A DNA stretch of 63,988 bases, filler included, from Catajapyx aquilonaris (GCA_000934665.2; 3 parts of 3 records of this genome joined end to end with filler, not necessarily neighbours in it); one strand, 5' to 3'; positions 33,806 to 46,075 are shown, numbered from the whole stretch's first letter. A program made the numbers and translations. Notes: generated by a model from the sequence alone, not told the origin.

Positions 33806-34081
33806 AACTTAGTGGGGGCTTAACGTCGGCCTATTTCTGCCGCGAGGCTCAACACCAACACCAGGGGGTGGTCCTCCTCCTGTAAATTTAGCCACTCTGG
33901 GGATCTTTAACGTGTACCTGCGCAATGTCACAAGCACACGGGACCAACGGCTTTACTTCCCCTCCGAAGGAAGGCGCACTCTCACTTTTCTACCACCCGG
34001 AGAAAAGTCACCGACCTTGGCCGGGTTCGAACCCACAACCTTGGGACCAGAGGCAAGCGCGCTAACCACTAGTCCACCGGC
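33806..34081 (-). mobile_element. tRNA-derived SINE with Deu/Nin-like central domain
   Basis: Head CCGGTGGACTAGTGG..GGTTCGAACCC; central CCTTCGGAGGGGAAGTAAAGCCGTTGGTCCC..GTTAAAGATCCCC; approximate TSD acaactat(at)gtagt. Confidence 0.8.
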
Positions 34082-34348
34082 TTAAACAACTATATGTAGT
34101 GTGAAGTAGCTGTGATTTTGAAATATTAGATGATATTTCAGTTGTTTTCTGAGCTAAGGTGTAATGGTATGAACGAGAAGTTTTATTACTGACTAAAAGA
34201 CAAGCATAGAGGGGTACTGGGCTGGGCCACTTGCAAAATCAAGGAGAGAGAAAAGAATGCTGATGATTTGAGCGAAAGGAGTCTTTATGGAAGTGCCAAT
34301 GACAAACAGGGTAATTGTGCGTCAGCCTCCACATATCTCTCGTTTTCT

Positions 34349-34597
34349 CAGTGGTTCCCCAAAGGGGGTCGCGAAGTCTACTCCGGGGTCACGCTGTCGT
34401 CATGGTTACTTTTACTTGCAATAAATTTTATAGGAAATTTCACCCCACAGGTTTAAAAAAAATACATGTTTCAATATAACTAACTACATTCATCATCTAC
34501 TACCTTCTACTAATACTTTGGGGGAGGGGGGGGGGGTCGCAGGTTACTTGACCATCATAAAAGGGGGTTGCGACCCGAAAAAGGTTGGGAACCGCTG
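34349..34597. mobile_element. hAT (Charlie/Buster-like) MITE
   Basis: TIR CAGTGGTTCCC / GGGAACCGCTG, internal GGGGTCGC repeats, degenerate 8-bp TSD cgttttct/ccttatct. Confidence 0.75.
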
Positions 34598-35108
34598 CCT
34601 TATCTGGTCTGCACTATAGTGCCCTGTTGGATTATTTATGTACCTTTGTAAATGTACCACACAATAATTTATACTAAGGCTCCCTGAATCTTTGTCTGAC
34701 TTATAACCAAGCCTCCTTTCCATGTAATAGTCAATGTTCAAAATTATTTTCTGCTCACATGCCCAGTGATACTGGCCCCTTGGGTAGTGCCCAGGCAAGC
34801 CCCATTGATGGGAGGAGGGTTGTATAGATTTGGCCATGTGCCATATCCTTATTTTATGCAACAAAGACCCAATTTAGTATTCTGGAAAACCAAGACCCAG
34901 TATTGGCTCTATTGGAATTTAATATGCAAAAGGTATAAAACCTTGGAAATGCCAATATTCACTCTATTGTGTCAAAGGCATACCTCCAAGGCAAGTAGTT
35001 GTCAGGGGAAACCAGAAAATATCAGTGTCATTAAAAAAAATCCTCATTAGTGTTAAAATTTTGTTGTATTTATGCTTTTATACATCTCAATTTACATTTG
35101 TAATTCTA

Positions 35109-36197
35109 CAGGGTGACTGAAAAGCTGCACACATGGGTCATTGCATTGTTGGTTGGCACAACTGACAGGTTGTAGACCATCAGTCTGCATGTTCATCGGA
35201 GGGGAGACAGGGACATTGTGCATGAACAAGACGACAAAAAATAAATAAACTCTTGTTTTGTTGGCTGAAAGAAAGTGTTCTCATCATGCCAGAGGTCAGC
35301 CCTCCTTGGTAGTTGTGTTTGCTGACTCATTACTGGTGGTCATGAATTGCAGGTATATGCCGGTTTGTTTTTGGACATGTCTAACTCCAGAGGGTCGGTT
35401 GGGCCTCTGGCAGGGGAGTAGCCAGTTTTGCACTTCCTAGAAGCAGTTGGTAGAATGTTTAAAACCAACAGGGCAAGTTGACTGGTTTTATGGATGGACA
35501 AAATAAGGTCAGATGGTGTGGGACTATAATGCATAAGTTTGTCAGTAATGAGGAAACATGGTGTCCATCATTAGCAGTGTAAAGATCAATGGCTTTTGCA
35601 AGATTCACATGAACAAGATGCAGGAACCCCTTATTTCCGTCGATCTGAGCACATTCATGATTGATGCATTCCTTCATATGATAAATATCAGTATCTGTGA
35701 TTTTCATTGAGTACACCTATTCCCTAATAAGAACACATCTTAGTTAGTAGACGTCAACTTTTACTGACTTGGGGAGATGAAGTGGCGCCGCGGTAACGCG
35801 CGCGCCCACGGATATTAAGGTCCCAGGTTCAATCCCCACCCGGGGTTCCCACCTTTATCCGTGCAGAGTTGGGCCATCTCTGGCTTCATTTCGGGTGGCA
35901 ATTTCCGGCAGACTAAGCCACCCGGGGGAGTTCACAAAATGACGATTAGAGACATTGCACTTGCACTTGGCACATCCCCTCCCTCCCACCCTTGGAGCAT
36001 ACTAATTAAGATTCTTCTTAAACTCGCTCCAAAAACAAATTCCAAAGGTGGCAACCCACCCCCCCTAAGGAGTAGTATAACTCCCCCCGTGGGGTAATGG
36101 AAAAAAAAAAAAAAAAACTTTTACTGACTTAACAACTGGCCAGTTGTGCCAACCAACATTGCTATTACCTGTGTGGCCAGACTTTTGGGTCACCCTG
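35109..36197. mobile_element. Tc1/mariner-derived element interrupted by a SINE
   Basis: TA|CAGGGTGAC...GTCACCCTG|TA termini plus subterminal tgttggttggcacaactg/cagttgtgccaaccaaca. Confidence 0.75.
35771..36115 (+). mobile_element. tRNA-derived SINE, full length, poly(A) tail
   Basis: A box TGGCGCCGCGG, B box GGTTCAATCCC; poly(A); 15-bp TSD aacttttactgactt at 35756-35770 and 36116-36130. Confidence 0.92.
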
Positions 36198-36288
36198 TAT
36201 AAAGAAAACTTGAATAATGTCAGGTTTTTGTATTTAAAAATGAAAAAAAAGGCAAGTTCTCACAACAGTAAATAAATGTAAATGAAGC

Positions 36289-36366
36289 TCAGTTACGAGG
36301 CATCATGGTAGAGTTGCCATGCGAGATGGGAAGGTCACCACTTTGGCCCGCTTCTCTCTGGGGTCC
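36289..36366 (-). CDS. CSN1: CSN1 terminal coding exon ([25 protein letters not shown])
   Basis: tttttccattcag| acceptor, phase 0, TGA; length and character match the GPS1 C-terminus. Confidence 0.8.
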   Translation of the reverse strand, partial: GPQREAGQSGDLPISHGNSTMMPRN

Positions 36367-39300
36367 CTGAATGGAAAAATTAAAACAAAAATTAATCAAC
36401 ATTAATGTCAATGATATGTAAAAATGAGACATCAGGAAACATTTCAAGCCTTAGTAACACTCCTTATCACATCATCTCAATTTTCATTAACTGGCCTTTC
36501 CTTTAGAGCATTGATTATAAAAGTGTGACTTGCCATCCACTGTTGATACATGAGGGTTCTCCTTATGGGGTAAGAACTGATACACAAATGCAAGTCCTTT
36601 CCTTGATTCTTGTAGCTTATGAAGCAATATTTTTGTAATCTAGGATTAGGTAAACTACAGTCTTTTGTCCCATTTCTGTGATAGCCAAGTATTTTCCATG
36701 AAATCACTGTTTCAATACACTAATACAGCCTTACTTAAACCATGCTCAAACATGTTGCAGTTCAGTAGTTGTTTACCTTAGGTAGTGCATATGCAGGATT
36801 GTCACTACATCTTCTCACATTTGCTTCAGGTAAGGAACTCACACAAGCACTCACTTATGGACATGGTTATGATTTAGTCCAGGGACAAATATGATAAAAT
36901 TCTTAACAAGACTCAGCAAGAATCCAAGAATCTGTTTGAGGATTGTATTTGGGATGCATCATGATAATTTTAGTCATATGGTTGTTCCTCATGGAGTTTA
37001 ATTGAAAAAAATTTATTATTTTTTTGATACTGCAATCCTGAATGTTCAAATCCAGGTTTGTCTTGTGAATTTGCAATATTTCCAACTTAAAATACCCATG
37101 GAAAGGCTGAGGTTCCTTTGCTCCATTTTCAGAGTTGTTTGATAACTAAATACACTATAACATTTCATAAAATCAAGGATTGTCAAAACATGGTTTCCCA
37201 GAGTCATATCCTACAAATGGGGTAGTACTAGCATTGGAAACCAGTCATGCAGACATATGGGAGCCCACTTCTAACAAGGGAAGTGTAAGTGTTGTCCGTG
37301 GAGTATCTGAATGCAACTTGGCACAATAATATAGGCAGGTAAGTTATTAAAGCAAATGCAAACAATTTAGGCGGATGCCCACAAGGTCAAAAGTTATGAC
37401 CTCTTGAACTCACAAGGGACACTTTCCAAGGTCTCACCGATTTTCTTGAAATTCGGTACATTGGTAGCCCACCCCAAGGGATGAACAACGCACCTAAAGT
37501 GACCTGCTCAAAATGACCCAGTTGACCCCTCTTTGGGGGGCAGAGGTCAACTCTTAAATGCCGAAAACTCATCGATTTTCTTGAAATTCGGTACATTGGT
37601 AGGCCACCCGAAGGGATGAAAAACGCACCTAAAGTGACCTGCACAAAATAACCTGGTGACCCCTTTTGGGGGGCTACCAATGTAACGAATTTCAAGAAAA
37701 TCGGTGAGACCTTGGAAAGTGTCCCTTGTGAGTTCAACCTCTTGTGAGCTCAACTTTTGACCTTGTGGGCATCTGCCTAAATTGTTTGCATGTTCTTTAA
37801 TAACTTACCTGCCTGTATTATTGTGCCAAGTTGCATTCAGAAACTCCACGGACAACACTTACACTTCCGTTGTAAGACACAATTGCGGAGAAGGGTAGGG
37901 ATAGAAAGAAGCAGTAGTGGCCATTCTGGAATGGAAACCATCGCAGAATGATCCAGATGCAACCAGGAAAAACTACAAAATACTCCAGTTCATACAGAGC
38001 AGTGAGGACTAAGGATTGAAGTCATAACTTTGAGAATGAGAGCCTGAAGGAATAACCCCAAGCCTAGGCTGCCCTGGTGGGTAAATAGGTAAACTCAAGT
38101 TCACAGAAATATCAGAAATATATTGACGTATCCTATAGACGTAATTCATTGATGTATCCTACAGACGTAATTCATTGATGTATCCTATAGACGTAATTCA
38201 TTGGTGTAAAGTGGCGAATTGATGATGCGCCCGCCAAAAGCGGCTCTCTTCGCCGAACCCTATTCCGAGAAAATGCCAATTTTGTAGATTCGATTTGCAT
38301 GGCTGTAAATGGGATTTCCACATTTCATCCTCTTGTTACAGCTCCCAAAAAAATCATTTTGATCTGGCTCTTTGGTCCATTAGGTGCACCTATACATGAA
38401 GATTTTAATGATGGTGTTAACTCAAAAAACGACAAAAATCGAAGCTAGCCACTTTTGGCGGGCCGCCTCCTCAATTAGGCTAGTGCAGAATGAGTTTTTA
38501 AAAATGCATGCACACCTTCACTTGTATTTGATTCTTCAGAATGGCTGCCCTCAAGATCATCATCTTCAAATTCCGTTGGTATTCTCGACCCATTTGCAGG
38601 GATTTTTCAAATGTGGTGCTCCTCTGATCAACATCCTTGGCATATAAAATCTGTTGAAATGAACTGAATAAATATAACAGCTGCTAAAAATCAGTGCAAA
38701 ATACTTGCCTTATTATGAGAGTCAATCCTTGCTTGGATCTGACCATCAAGAATGAGCTGCATAAGTTCATTCTCTAAAGAAGTCATATCAGTGTTAAAAG
38801 CTTCTGCCATTTTTCGCATATCTGCGGATAAATATGGGCTGCAAAGCAAGTGATGTACTTATGATTACACTATGTAAATAATGTGAGATAATGCTACGTA
38901 GAGTAAAATTTAAGGTATCTTTGCTGTTCAAAGTTACTTACAAATAACTTAGTAAATGAAGAAGCTACAATTTGGACCATGTCTGTAATGTTCCGGGCCA
39001 AAGACACATATGGGACTGGGAAGGTTGGGCAGTGCTTATGCAATTCACTGGTTTAGGCCTTGTGTATTCTCCTGAACTGGTGTCCAAAACAATAATTTTA
39101 CTTTAGATAAATGAAGCAGATAAAACTTCCAACTTCACATGAGCCAGAGCTTCAACTGAACCTTTACAGTGCGTTTCTTACTAGTAGGTCATGCGGCAGT
39201 CAGCATATTGTAACAAAATGGTATTTTGGAGGTATATTACCAAGGAAAAAAATCATCACTGACACAATTTCAAGAAGATGCCATTTTTGACAGAGTGTGT

Positions 39301-41235
39301 TACAAGTATCCTGGGCCTTTTAGTTATCACAAATTTTGCTCAGAGCTGTTTTTTTTTTTTGTTTTGTTTTTTGGGTAGTGTTTTGCACCCCAATCTAAGT
39401 GCCTAATTATACAGGGTGCAGAAATTAAATGTACTGTCGCTTTGGGGAATGGTAGAAGGGTTCTAGGAGATCATTTTAAGTACTGGCATACGTATCATGG
39501 GTCTCTGAAGCAGAGTTACCTAGAAAGTTAGCATTAAATGAAAAGTGCATTACACCAGCGTGTATGTTGCGGATGCAACCTACGACACTTCCATTGCCTA
39601 TTACACCTAATGGGATCCTATCTTAAATTTAAATTTCATGATCGCCTAAAATTTAAATGAAAAAAGGTAAGGTCGCGTGGAGGGACGAATACCTGCCAGG
39701 ATATTTTATACCTTGTGTTTGACACCCATTATCTCGGTAACTATGCTTCGGAGACCAACGATACCTATACTTCAAATGATCACCTAGAACCCTTCTACTA
39801 TCCCTCAAAGCTACGGTACGTGAAATTTCCTGTAAAGCAGCTGCTATATTCCATCACACCTGGGAATAATTTGGCACCTTGATTGGGGCACAAAAAGCTA
39901 CACAAAAATAACAACTTATAGCAAAATTCACGATAACTAAATAACCCAGATACTTGGAACACACTATACAGGGTGTTTCTTACTAGTAGGTCAAGCTGCA
40001 CATGGCATATATCTAGACCCAAAATAAGTCTTAAAGGTAGGGGAGAGAAATGTCGAGGGACCAACCTGTAATGAGGTCAACGACCTATAACATTGGCCTA
40101 CCCCTAGACACAGGTGGAAACACACACGACGCCTCTTTGTAGGGACATCTCCTGGCAGATGGACTTGTGCACCTTACAGGGGCTGCCTAGGGAGCAGGAT
40201 ATGAGCATGATAAACATGGCTGATGGGATTTTATGAGATTACCACCTTCAGAGAAGCTATTATCATGCTCATATCCTGCTCCCTAGGAAACCCCTGCAAG
40301 GCGAGCGAGTCCATATACCAGGAGAGTTCCCTACAAAGAGGCATAGTGTGTGTTGCAGCCTGTGTCTAGAGGTAGGCCAATGTTTCGGGTCGTCTACCTC
40401 GTTACAGGTTGGTACCTCGACATTTCTCCCTCCTACATTTCAGACTTGGTTTGGGCCAAAGAATATCCCACTTGTGGCTTGACCTACTAGTAAGAAACAC
40501 CTTGTATATGCATAACTTGTTTGGTTAGTGGAGAACAAAATCTGACATTTGATTTCTTGGCATATACTTGCTCAGGTAAATATCCATAAATTTGTCAAAA
40601 CAATCATAGGGGTTCTAGATACTTCATTGACAGAGTTGGCACACTATGATCCCCATATCCCAGTGACGTAATGCTCACCTAAAATATTGGATGAGGGCAC
40701 GCTTGCGGATTTGCAAATAGATTGCACGGACATGGCGAGACAGGTACAAATCCAAGTACAAATTCTCCTGCAAAGTATTACCTGTCAGTATAACCTCTCC
40801 ACTCATCTCTATAAACATTACCCAACTCATACCTTAATTTCATCCAGCAGCTTCAGGCACGTTGCATATTTTGACTCATAAAATTTGAATATAATGTCTC
40901 GGAGCTGTGGCTCCAACTCCAGAAACAATTTAAAAGAACTGCAAAAGGGTATGCACATTGTTCAAATTTGGTGACATTAGCCTTGATCTACCAACTAACC
41001 TGCTTGACATGACATGCTTCTGAAGCTCTTGCCTGTCAAAAGTAGCCAGAGCACACAAGCCACCATACATGGCAACATTGCTCTGTGATATGAGATCAGG
41101 AAAATCACAATGATCAAAGTTGACCTGTAGGAAGAGTTTGGCTGCCACCTTGTACTTCCTATTGGCGAGTTCTGCCAATCCTGCTGCGCACTTGAGCTTG
41201 CTCATAATGCTTTGGTTGTTGTCTTTCCCTTGACA
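36289..41235 (-). CDS. CSN1: COP9 signalosome complex subunit 1 (CSN1/GPS1), 3' half including PCI domain
   Basis: Exons 41000-41235, 40833-40938, 40679-40767, 38709-38838, 38516-38650, 36289-36366 (774 nt, phase-consistent): [114 protein letters not shown]; 5' exons not found in window. Confidence 0.95.
37271..37876. mobile_element. Palindromic element with about 200-bp arms enclosing two 135-bp tandem units
   Basis: Arms ggaagtgtaagtgttgtccgtggag... / ...ctccacggacaacacttacacttcc; unit cgattttcttgaaattcggtacattggtag at 37438 and 37573. Confidence 0.85.
38122..38205. repeat. 26-bp tandem repeat x3 (ATTGATGTATCCTATAGACGTAATTC)
   Basis: Directly visible. Confidence 0.9.
38221..38472. mobile_element. 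Sola2-like non-autonomous element
   Basis: AATT|gatgatgcgcccgccaaaagcggct ... agccacttttggcgggccgcctcctc|AATT; 4-bp TSD, GAG-type terminus on the right. Confidence 0.65.
38516..38650 (-). CDS. CSN1: CSN1 exon ([10 protein letters not shown]...NQIQVK)
   Basis: tcaacag| and |GTGTGC. Confidence 0.93.
38709..38838 (-). CDS. CSN1: CSN1 exon (PYLSADM...RIDSHNK), GC donor
   Basis: tttgcag| and AAG|GCAAGT. Confidence 0.92.
39412..39832. mobile_element. Tc1/mariner-type MITE, degenerate
   Basis: TA|CAGGGTG start; inverted gtagaagggttctagg.gatcattt / aaatgatcacctagaacccttctac; shares internal ctgccaggatattttatac with 33335-33770. Confidence 0.7.
39969..40504. mobile_element. Long hairpin Tc1/mariner-type MITE (536 bp)
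   Basis: TA|CAGGGTGTTTCTTACTAGTAGGTCAAG ... CTTGACCTACTAGTAAGAAACACCTTG|TA; about 245-bp arms; related ends near 27745-27822 and 39167-39200. Confidence 0.9.
40679..40767 (-). CDS. CSN1: CSN1 exon ([10 protein letters not shown]...RALIQYF)
   Basis: tttgcag| and |GTGAGC. Confidence 0.93.
40833..40938 (-). CDS. CSN1: CSN1 exon ([11 protein letters not shown]...LLDEIK)
   Basis: ttttgcag| and |GTATGA. Confidence 0.93.
41000..41235 (-). CDS. CSN1: CSN1 exon (CQGKDNNQ...KHVMSS)
   Basis: ctctcag| and |GTTAGT. Confidence 0.93.
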
Positions 41236-41655
41236 CTGAGAGCATTGCAAATGTCATACTTTAAAATAAAAACCATGCATTCACTTTTCCATTGCTGGAG
41301 GTAAGGTTGCTTGCACATCAAGTTTCCAGATTGATATTTTTCATATTGGCTGGGATTCTCTGCAGTGAGAGTGGTTTCCCATAACAGTAACTACATTTTA
41401 ATCACAATCACAGCTTTTCTTGTTACTAGTTAGCAGTTGCTATCCCTCAGTTTAGTTATAGTTGCAAAGAAAATTCAGCACCTACATAGTAAATTCTCGA
41501 GATCTGTCCCCTTAACTGTTTCCAGAGAGAGTTGGAAAATGTGTACAGATATGCAAAGAAGATATGTGATGAGCATGTCATGTTAAATTTAGGTATAAAT
41601 GGGTGACAGTGGTTTACTGCTGCACTGTTCTAATATTTCTGTGCAATTCACAATT

Positions 41656-42619
41656 GAAGGGGTGGATGGCAAAAAAAAAATACCTTCAATTTCGACACTT
41701 TCGAAATAATCAAGAAAAATCCGCAGTTCATAAAATGTTAGTAGGGGAAAGTGTCCATATTTCGACGATTTGCCTATTTCTGACCACCATGCTATCTCCA
41801 TGGTAATGTGTTGCAAATTGCCGGTGACAGTGGTAAAATGTCCCAAAGACGCGATTGGTGAGCTGGCAGCACTGATGTGAACATCCGTGCATTGTGCAAC
41901 CTTTGACACCAGTTTGTTTCTAAGCGCATGGTGGACTGCAGCGCATGCTATTATTGGCCATCATTTCCCAGAAATTAAGACATGCTATTCAATAATTTAT
42001 TTTCGCCTATGATGTTGCTTACACTGTTTATTTGCACGTTTTAAAGTAGCGACATCATGCTGCAACTTGTCGATGTGAACCAGCAGCCACAGTACCAAGT
42101 TGTCTTGTTCCTAATTTCGGCTACCTAGGCTGTTCCTAATTTTGGATACCTACCGTACTATCATGCTCATTTTGACAGTTCCATTTATTTCGCGGAAACT
42201 CAAGAAAGAAGTCACAGAAAACGTTTGTGCATCTGTCCAGTGTAGGGTCGCCACATAATGGAGCAGTGAAAGGTCTCATGGTGCTCTCAAGTGAGCACCT
42301 CATGCAAAACACCCCGGCACACGATAAGATAAGATTGTAGGGGAGTGTCCGGGGGCTGGTATTAACATTCAATTTCCTTACATTGCTGTGTTGAGCCATT
42401 TTTTAAGAGGAGAAAAACAACGGAAGGGTGTCGAAATTTGAGCCCCTTACCCTATATATACGGAATAAGCTTTTTACTCCTAAATTTAAACTACGAAAAA
42501 CATTTTTCCCTCACTAAATTATCGGAACCATTTGATGAAGGTCACTTTTTTCCTCCAGAATATTTTAAAAAAGAAAAAAATGATATTTTGGGGAGCTAAT
42601 TTATTGCCATTCACCCCTC
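41656..42619. mobile_element. Sola2-like non-autonomous element
   Basis: Ends gaaggggtggatggcaa / ttgccattcacccctc, flanked by aatt/aaat. Confidence 0.55.
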
Positions 42620-42714
42620 AAATTTCCCCATGCTGCATACATGCTGTTTTCTACTACCTGCTGAAATCTGGCACTTGAAGAACATGAAAAAAAAAAAAAT
42701 GCCTGCCTTTAATA

Positions 42715-42845
42715 CGAGGAGTGATCAAAAAGTAAGGTCTCCAAGGCGGTAACCTTTATTCTGTATGAACACAAATGACGAAACTTACAGGGTACATGAG
42801 GACAATGGACATCTACTTTTCTACATAGTTTCCACACCGAAGAAC
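42715..42845 (+). mobile_element. Mariner left end truncated by gap
   Basis: TA|CGAGGAGTGATCAAAAAGTAA.. typical mariner TIR start. Confidence 0.55.
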
Positions 42846-42945
42846 NNNNNNNNNNNNNNNNNNNNNNNNNNNNNNNNNNNNNNNNNNNNTTAATTAATTA
42901 ANNNNNNNNNNNNNNNNNNNNNNNNNNNNNNNNNNNNNNNNNNNN
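42846..42945. other. Assembly spacer (44 N + TTAATTAATTAA + 44 N)
   Basis: Identical to the 21372-21471 spacer. Confidence 0.97.
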
Positions 42946-44719
42946 AAGGAGGGATGTAAACTTAAATCATGTGTCCAGGCCCCAATTCTTGGTAGAGTTG
43001 GGCGATATCAGTAATGAAAAATTTGAAATATTAAAAAGGCTATTAAATACCTATTACAGATATAAACGAATAAGTGAAGACTAAAATAATAACAGTTAAA
43101 GTAAATAAACAAATAAAAACAGAGGTTTTAATACACAAGATACGAGGAAAGTAAATAGACCACGGTGTTCCATAAAGAAAATTGTCGAGGTGGTGAAGTC
43201 CGCCCCCAAGTTAGGGGGGCGCAAAAGTGCTATGTTTTTTCTAAAGAATGTAACAATATGTCAATAAACTTATTATTATTATTATTATTATACATACGTT
43301 GTAAAGTCAATTATCAACAACCTATTGGAGAATTTGAGGAAAGCAGTATGGGTGACACACTTTCACTCCGTCATTATTGGAGGATATGTAGAAGAAAGCA
43401 GGAAAGGGAAAAATTCGTCTCAGTAACCCAGCCAGGGCCTTGTAAAATGATGTCATTTGCAACCAACGACTTGATTTCTCACATACAGTAATATGGCAGT
43501 GAACCAGGTCTGGCATAATGAGTACATGGCTATGAAGTTGAGAAAAGCACCATGTTGTACACATTGAATGATTGAATGCTGTACTATTGGCACTGGACAA
43601 TTCCACACAATGTCACATGCGACCATGTGTCCAACAGCTACATACAAGCCGGGCATGGAAACGAACAGTAGGCCCTATTGCAAAAGAAAATATTTTTAAA
43701 ATGGCTACAAATCACGAGTTATACTGTATTTGGTCATATGATGATAACTAGTCGCAAGGAAGAATACGAAGATTCGCTAACATCACTCCCAAATGTGTGT
43801 GGCCGAAAATGCAACAGAACAGTTGCAGACACTACGCAGCACCCTATCTCTTGTGAGTGATGCAGCACGTTACATCTAGTTCCTGCAAGCATACAGACAA
43901 TTTTCGTTATACATAATTTGTTCAATTCAGTGTTTTAAAATACGGCTCAATCTGGCGCTTGTTCAAGTTTGTAGCAACTTACTGCTTTCCTCTCTCACTT
44001 GCCATAACGACCTTTAGAGTGCAATCTGCTTGTGACTTTAAATGTGAAGAATTTTATTCCTCAAGCATCATCCGAAATACCTGCAAGCCTCTAAGACATA
44101 TAAATACGAGAATAATCCCATTACCCCAGTAATGGTTGGCAGTAATAACATCCAACTTCGACATCACACTTCAGCATAATACGAAGTAATCTGCAATTAT
44201 TGGAAAATTCAGCAAGCTCATTAGAGAAGCGCTATAAGGAGCTGCCTAGTAGGGCAAACTCCTACGGTGGGAGATTACACGGGCACCCTGCCTGAGGGGG
44301 CCAGCCACAGATCAGATCGCAGATATTCTTGCGCCATCACAACGGTTGGATGCTCTGACATTGTTGTTCTTCCATGCTTTGGTGTTCCCCACGAGAACGG
44401 GGCTACTACCTAAAAGCCAGTGGAAAAAGATAGGTACAAGTAGATGTGTAATTGATCACAACATGTCCAATTCAAACAAACATTTGTAAGCCAGGAAGAC
44501 TTTTGACTGCAACATTTTCAAAAGCTCCCTAGCGCCCCTACAATTCAAGGCAGAATCCAACACCATCTTCTATGGTACGCACTTTCGCATACGGTTTGTT
44601 AAAGAATCAGCTGACCTAAAAAGGCAAGAGAGCTTACATAAAATCCCAAGTAAACCATTTCGACGACACCAGACCTCAATGACAAAAGAGTTGGTCACAA
44701 TGGTACACGCCGAAGTGTG

Positions 44720-45612
44720 CAATGCTGCAACAAAATAATATACGACATCCATAATGAAATGCTATATCTGTGAAGCCGCGTGAAAAGACTTCAACAATCT
44801 GACCAGGAGGAAACGACCCGAGTATATTCTAGTTTGCTCTGTCAATATTACATGCTGATATTAGGGTATCTGACTGCATACATCATCATCAATGGCAAAA
44901 TTCGCCATATAATTACAATTTTCTATTGTCACACATTCCACAATAATTTCAGAACAAAAAAGCGAATGCTTAGCCCTGTCCTTGGTACGAGGAGCACGAA
45001 CAGTTGTTGGCACCACTTCTTGTTTACTTACAGTTAGAGGCGACATGGATAGGGAAGCTCGTACGTGCCAATCGAAGACGCGCGCCCTCCCTGGTTCTCT
45101 ATTGAAATGTAGAACTGTTATGAACTCACTAGTGCAGGAGTTCCTCGTACCAACAATGCAATTGAAGGGTGACACCATTGCTTCTCGGCGCTAATTCCAG
45201 GTGACCATCCATCTTTGTGGGAATTTATTTGACGCTTTAAAATTAGCGCGTGGGCGATTGAACAGGCACTCGCCGGGATTGTGCCTGTCCAGCCTCGGAA
45301 GAACTACTGTACAAAGGATGGTCTGAAAGGATCTTGTTGATAGTGACAGACTTTGACAATCTCATCATCCTGGACTACCTACGGGGCATTGCGCACAACG
45401 TTAATCTTTCCGTGTAGTTACTCATCTAACGACTTTAATGATGTTATCAATCTTGTAATTTCACACTCACTGTACTGTACCAGTAGCCTATATTTGTATG
45501 GATATTAAATTTATATCACGTGATACGATTTTCCTCTCTTTCTCTCGGGACATACCAGATGGGGACTTCTTTCCGGGGAAGTTATTTGTCGGGGACGAAT
45601 TTTCCTAGAACC
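44720..45612 (+). pseudogene. Mutator/MULE-like transposase remnant with repetitive right end
   Basis: Broken motifs HPSLWEFI (about 45205-45230) and ILDYLRGIAHN (about 45367-45400); tandem ggggac/ggggaa blocks ending cctagaacc. Confidence 0.5.
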
Positions 45613-45839
45613 CAACACGTCACCCCAAAATGACATTTTAAAAATAATCCCTTTGACTTCTTCGTTGCCTATCCACAAATAGCTACATTCAAGGACAAGT
45701 TACAAACCCCTCACAACTAGGGCATACAGGGGAAGAGACTCTTAGGAGGTATTAACGTGCTGTTTGAATGAGTAGTGGACCACACAAAATATGTGAACGA
45801 CAACGGGAAGCTCCGGCGGGTTTGATGAGATCGATGGTG

Positions 45840-46075
45840 ACTCAGTACCCGGTCAAGATATGGTTGGAGGTCATGAGTGATGCAGCCTTCTTAGGTGAAC
45901 AGGTCTTAATTGACCTACTCATTAGGTACAACACCGCCATACCATTGAGTGCTGCAGTGGAGATCTTCATTCGCCACTGGCCAGGATATTGATATTGAGG
46001 GCCAAGAGAGCCAGCCTCTCAGATGAAAATTTTGAGAGGCTGACATTCGTGAAGGCTAACCACCATCACTTCTAA
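45840..46075 (+). pseudogene. hAT transposase C-terminal dimerisation-domain remnant
   Basis: RYNTAIPLSAAVE.IF then, frameshifted, ILRAKRASLSDENFERLTFVKAN. Confidence 0.7.
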
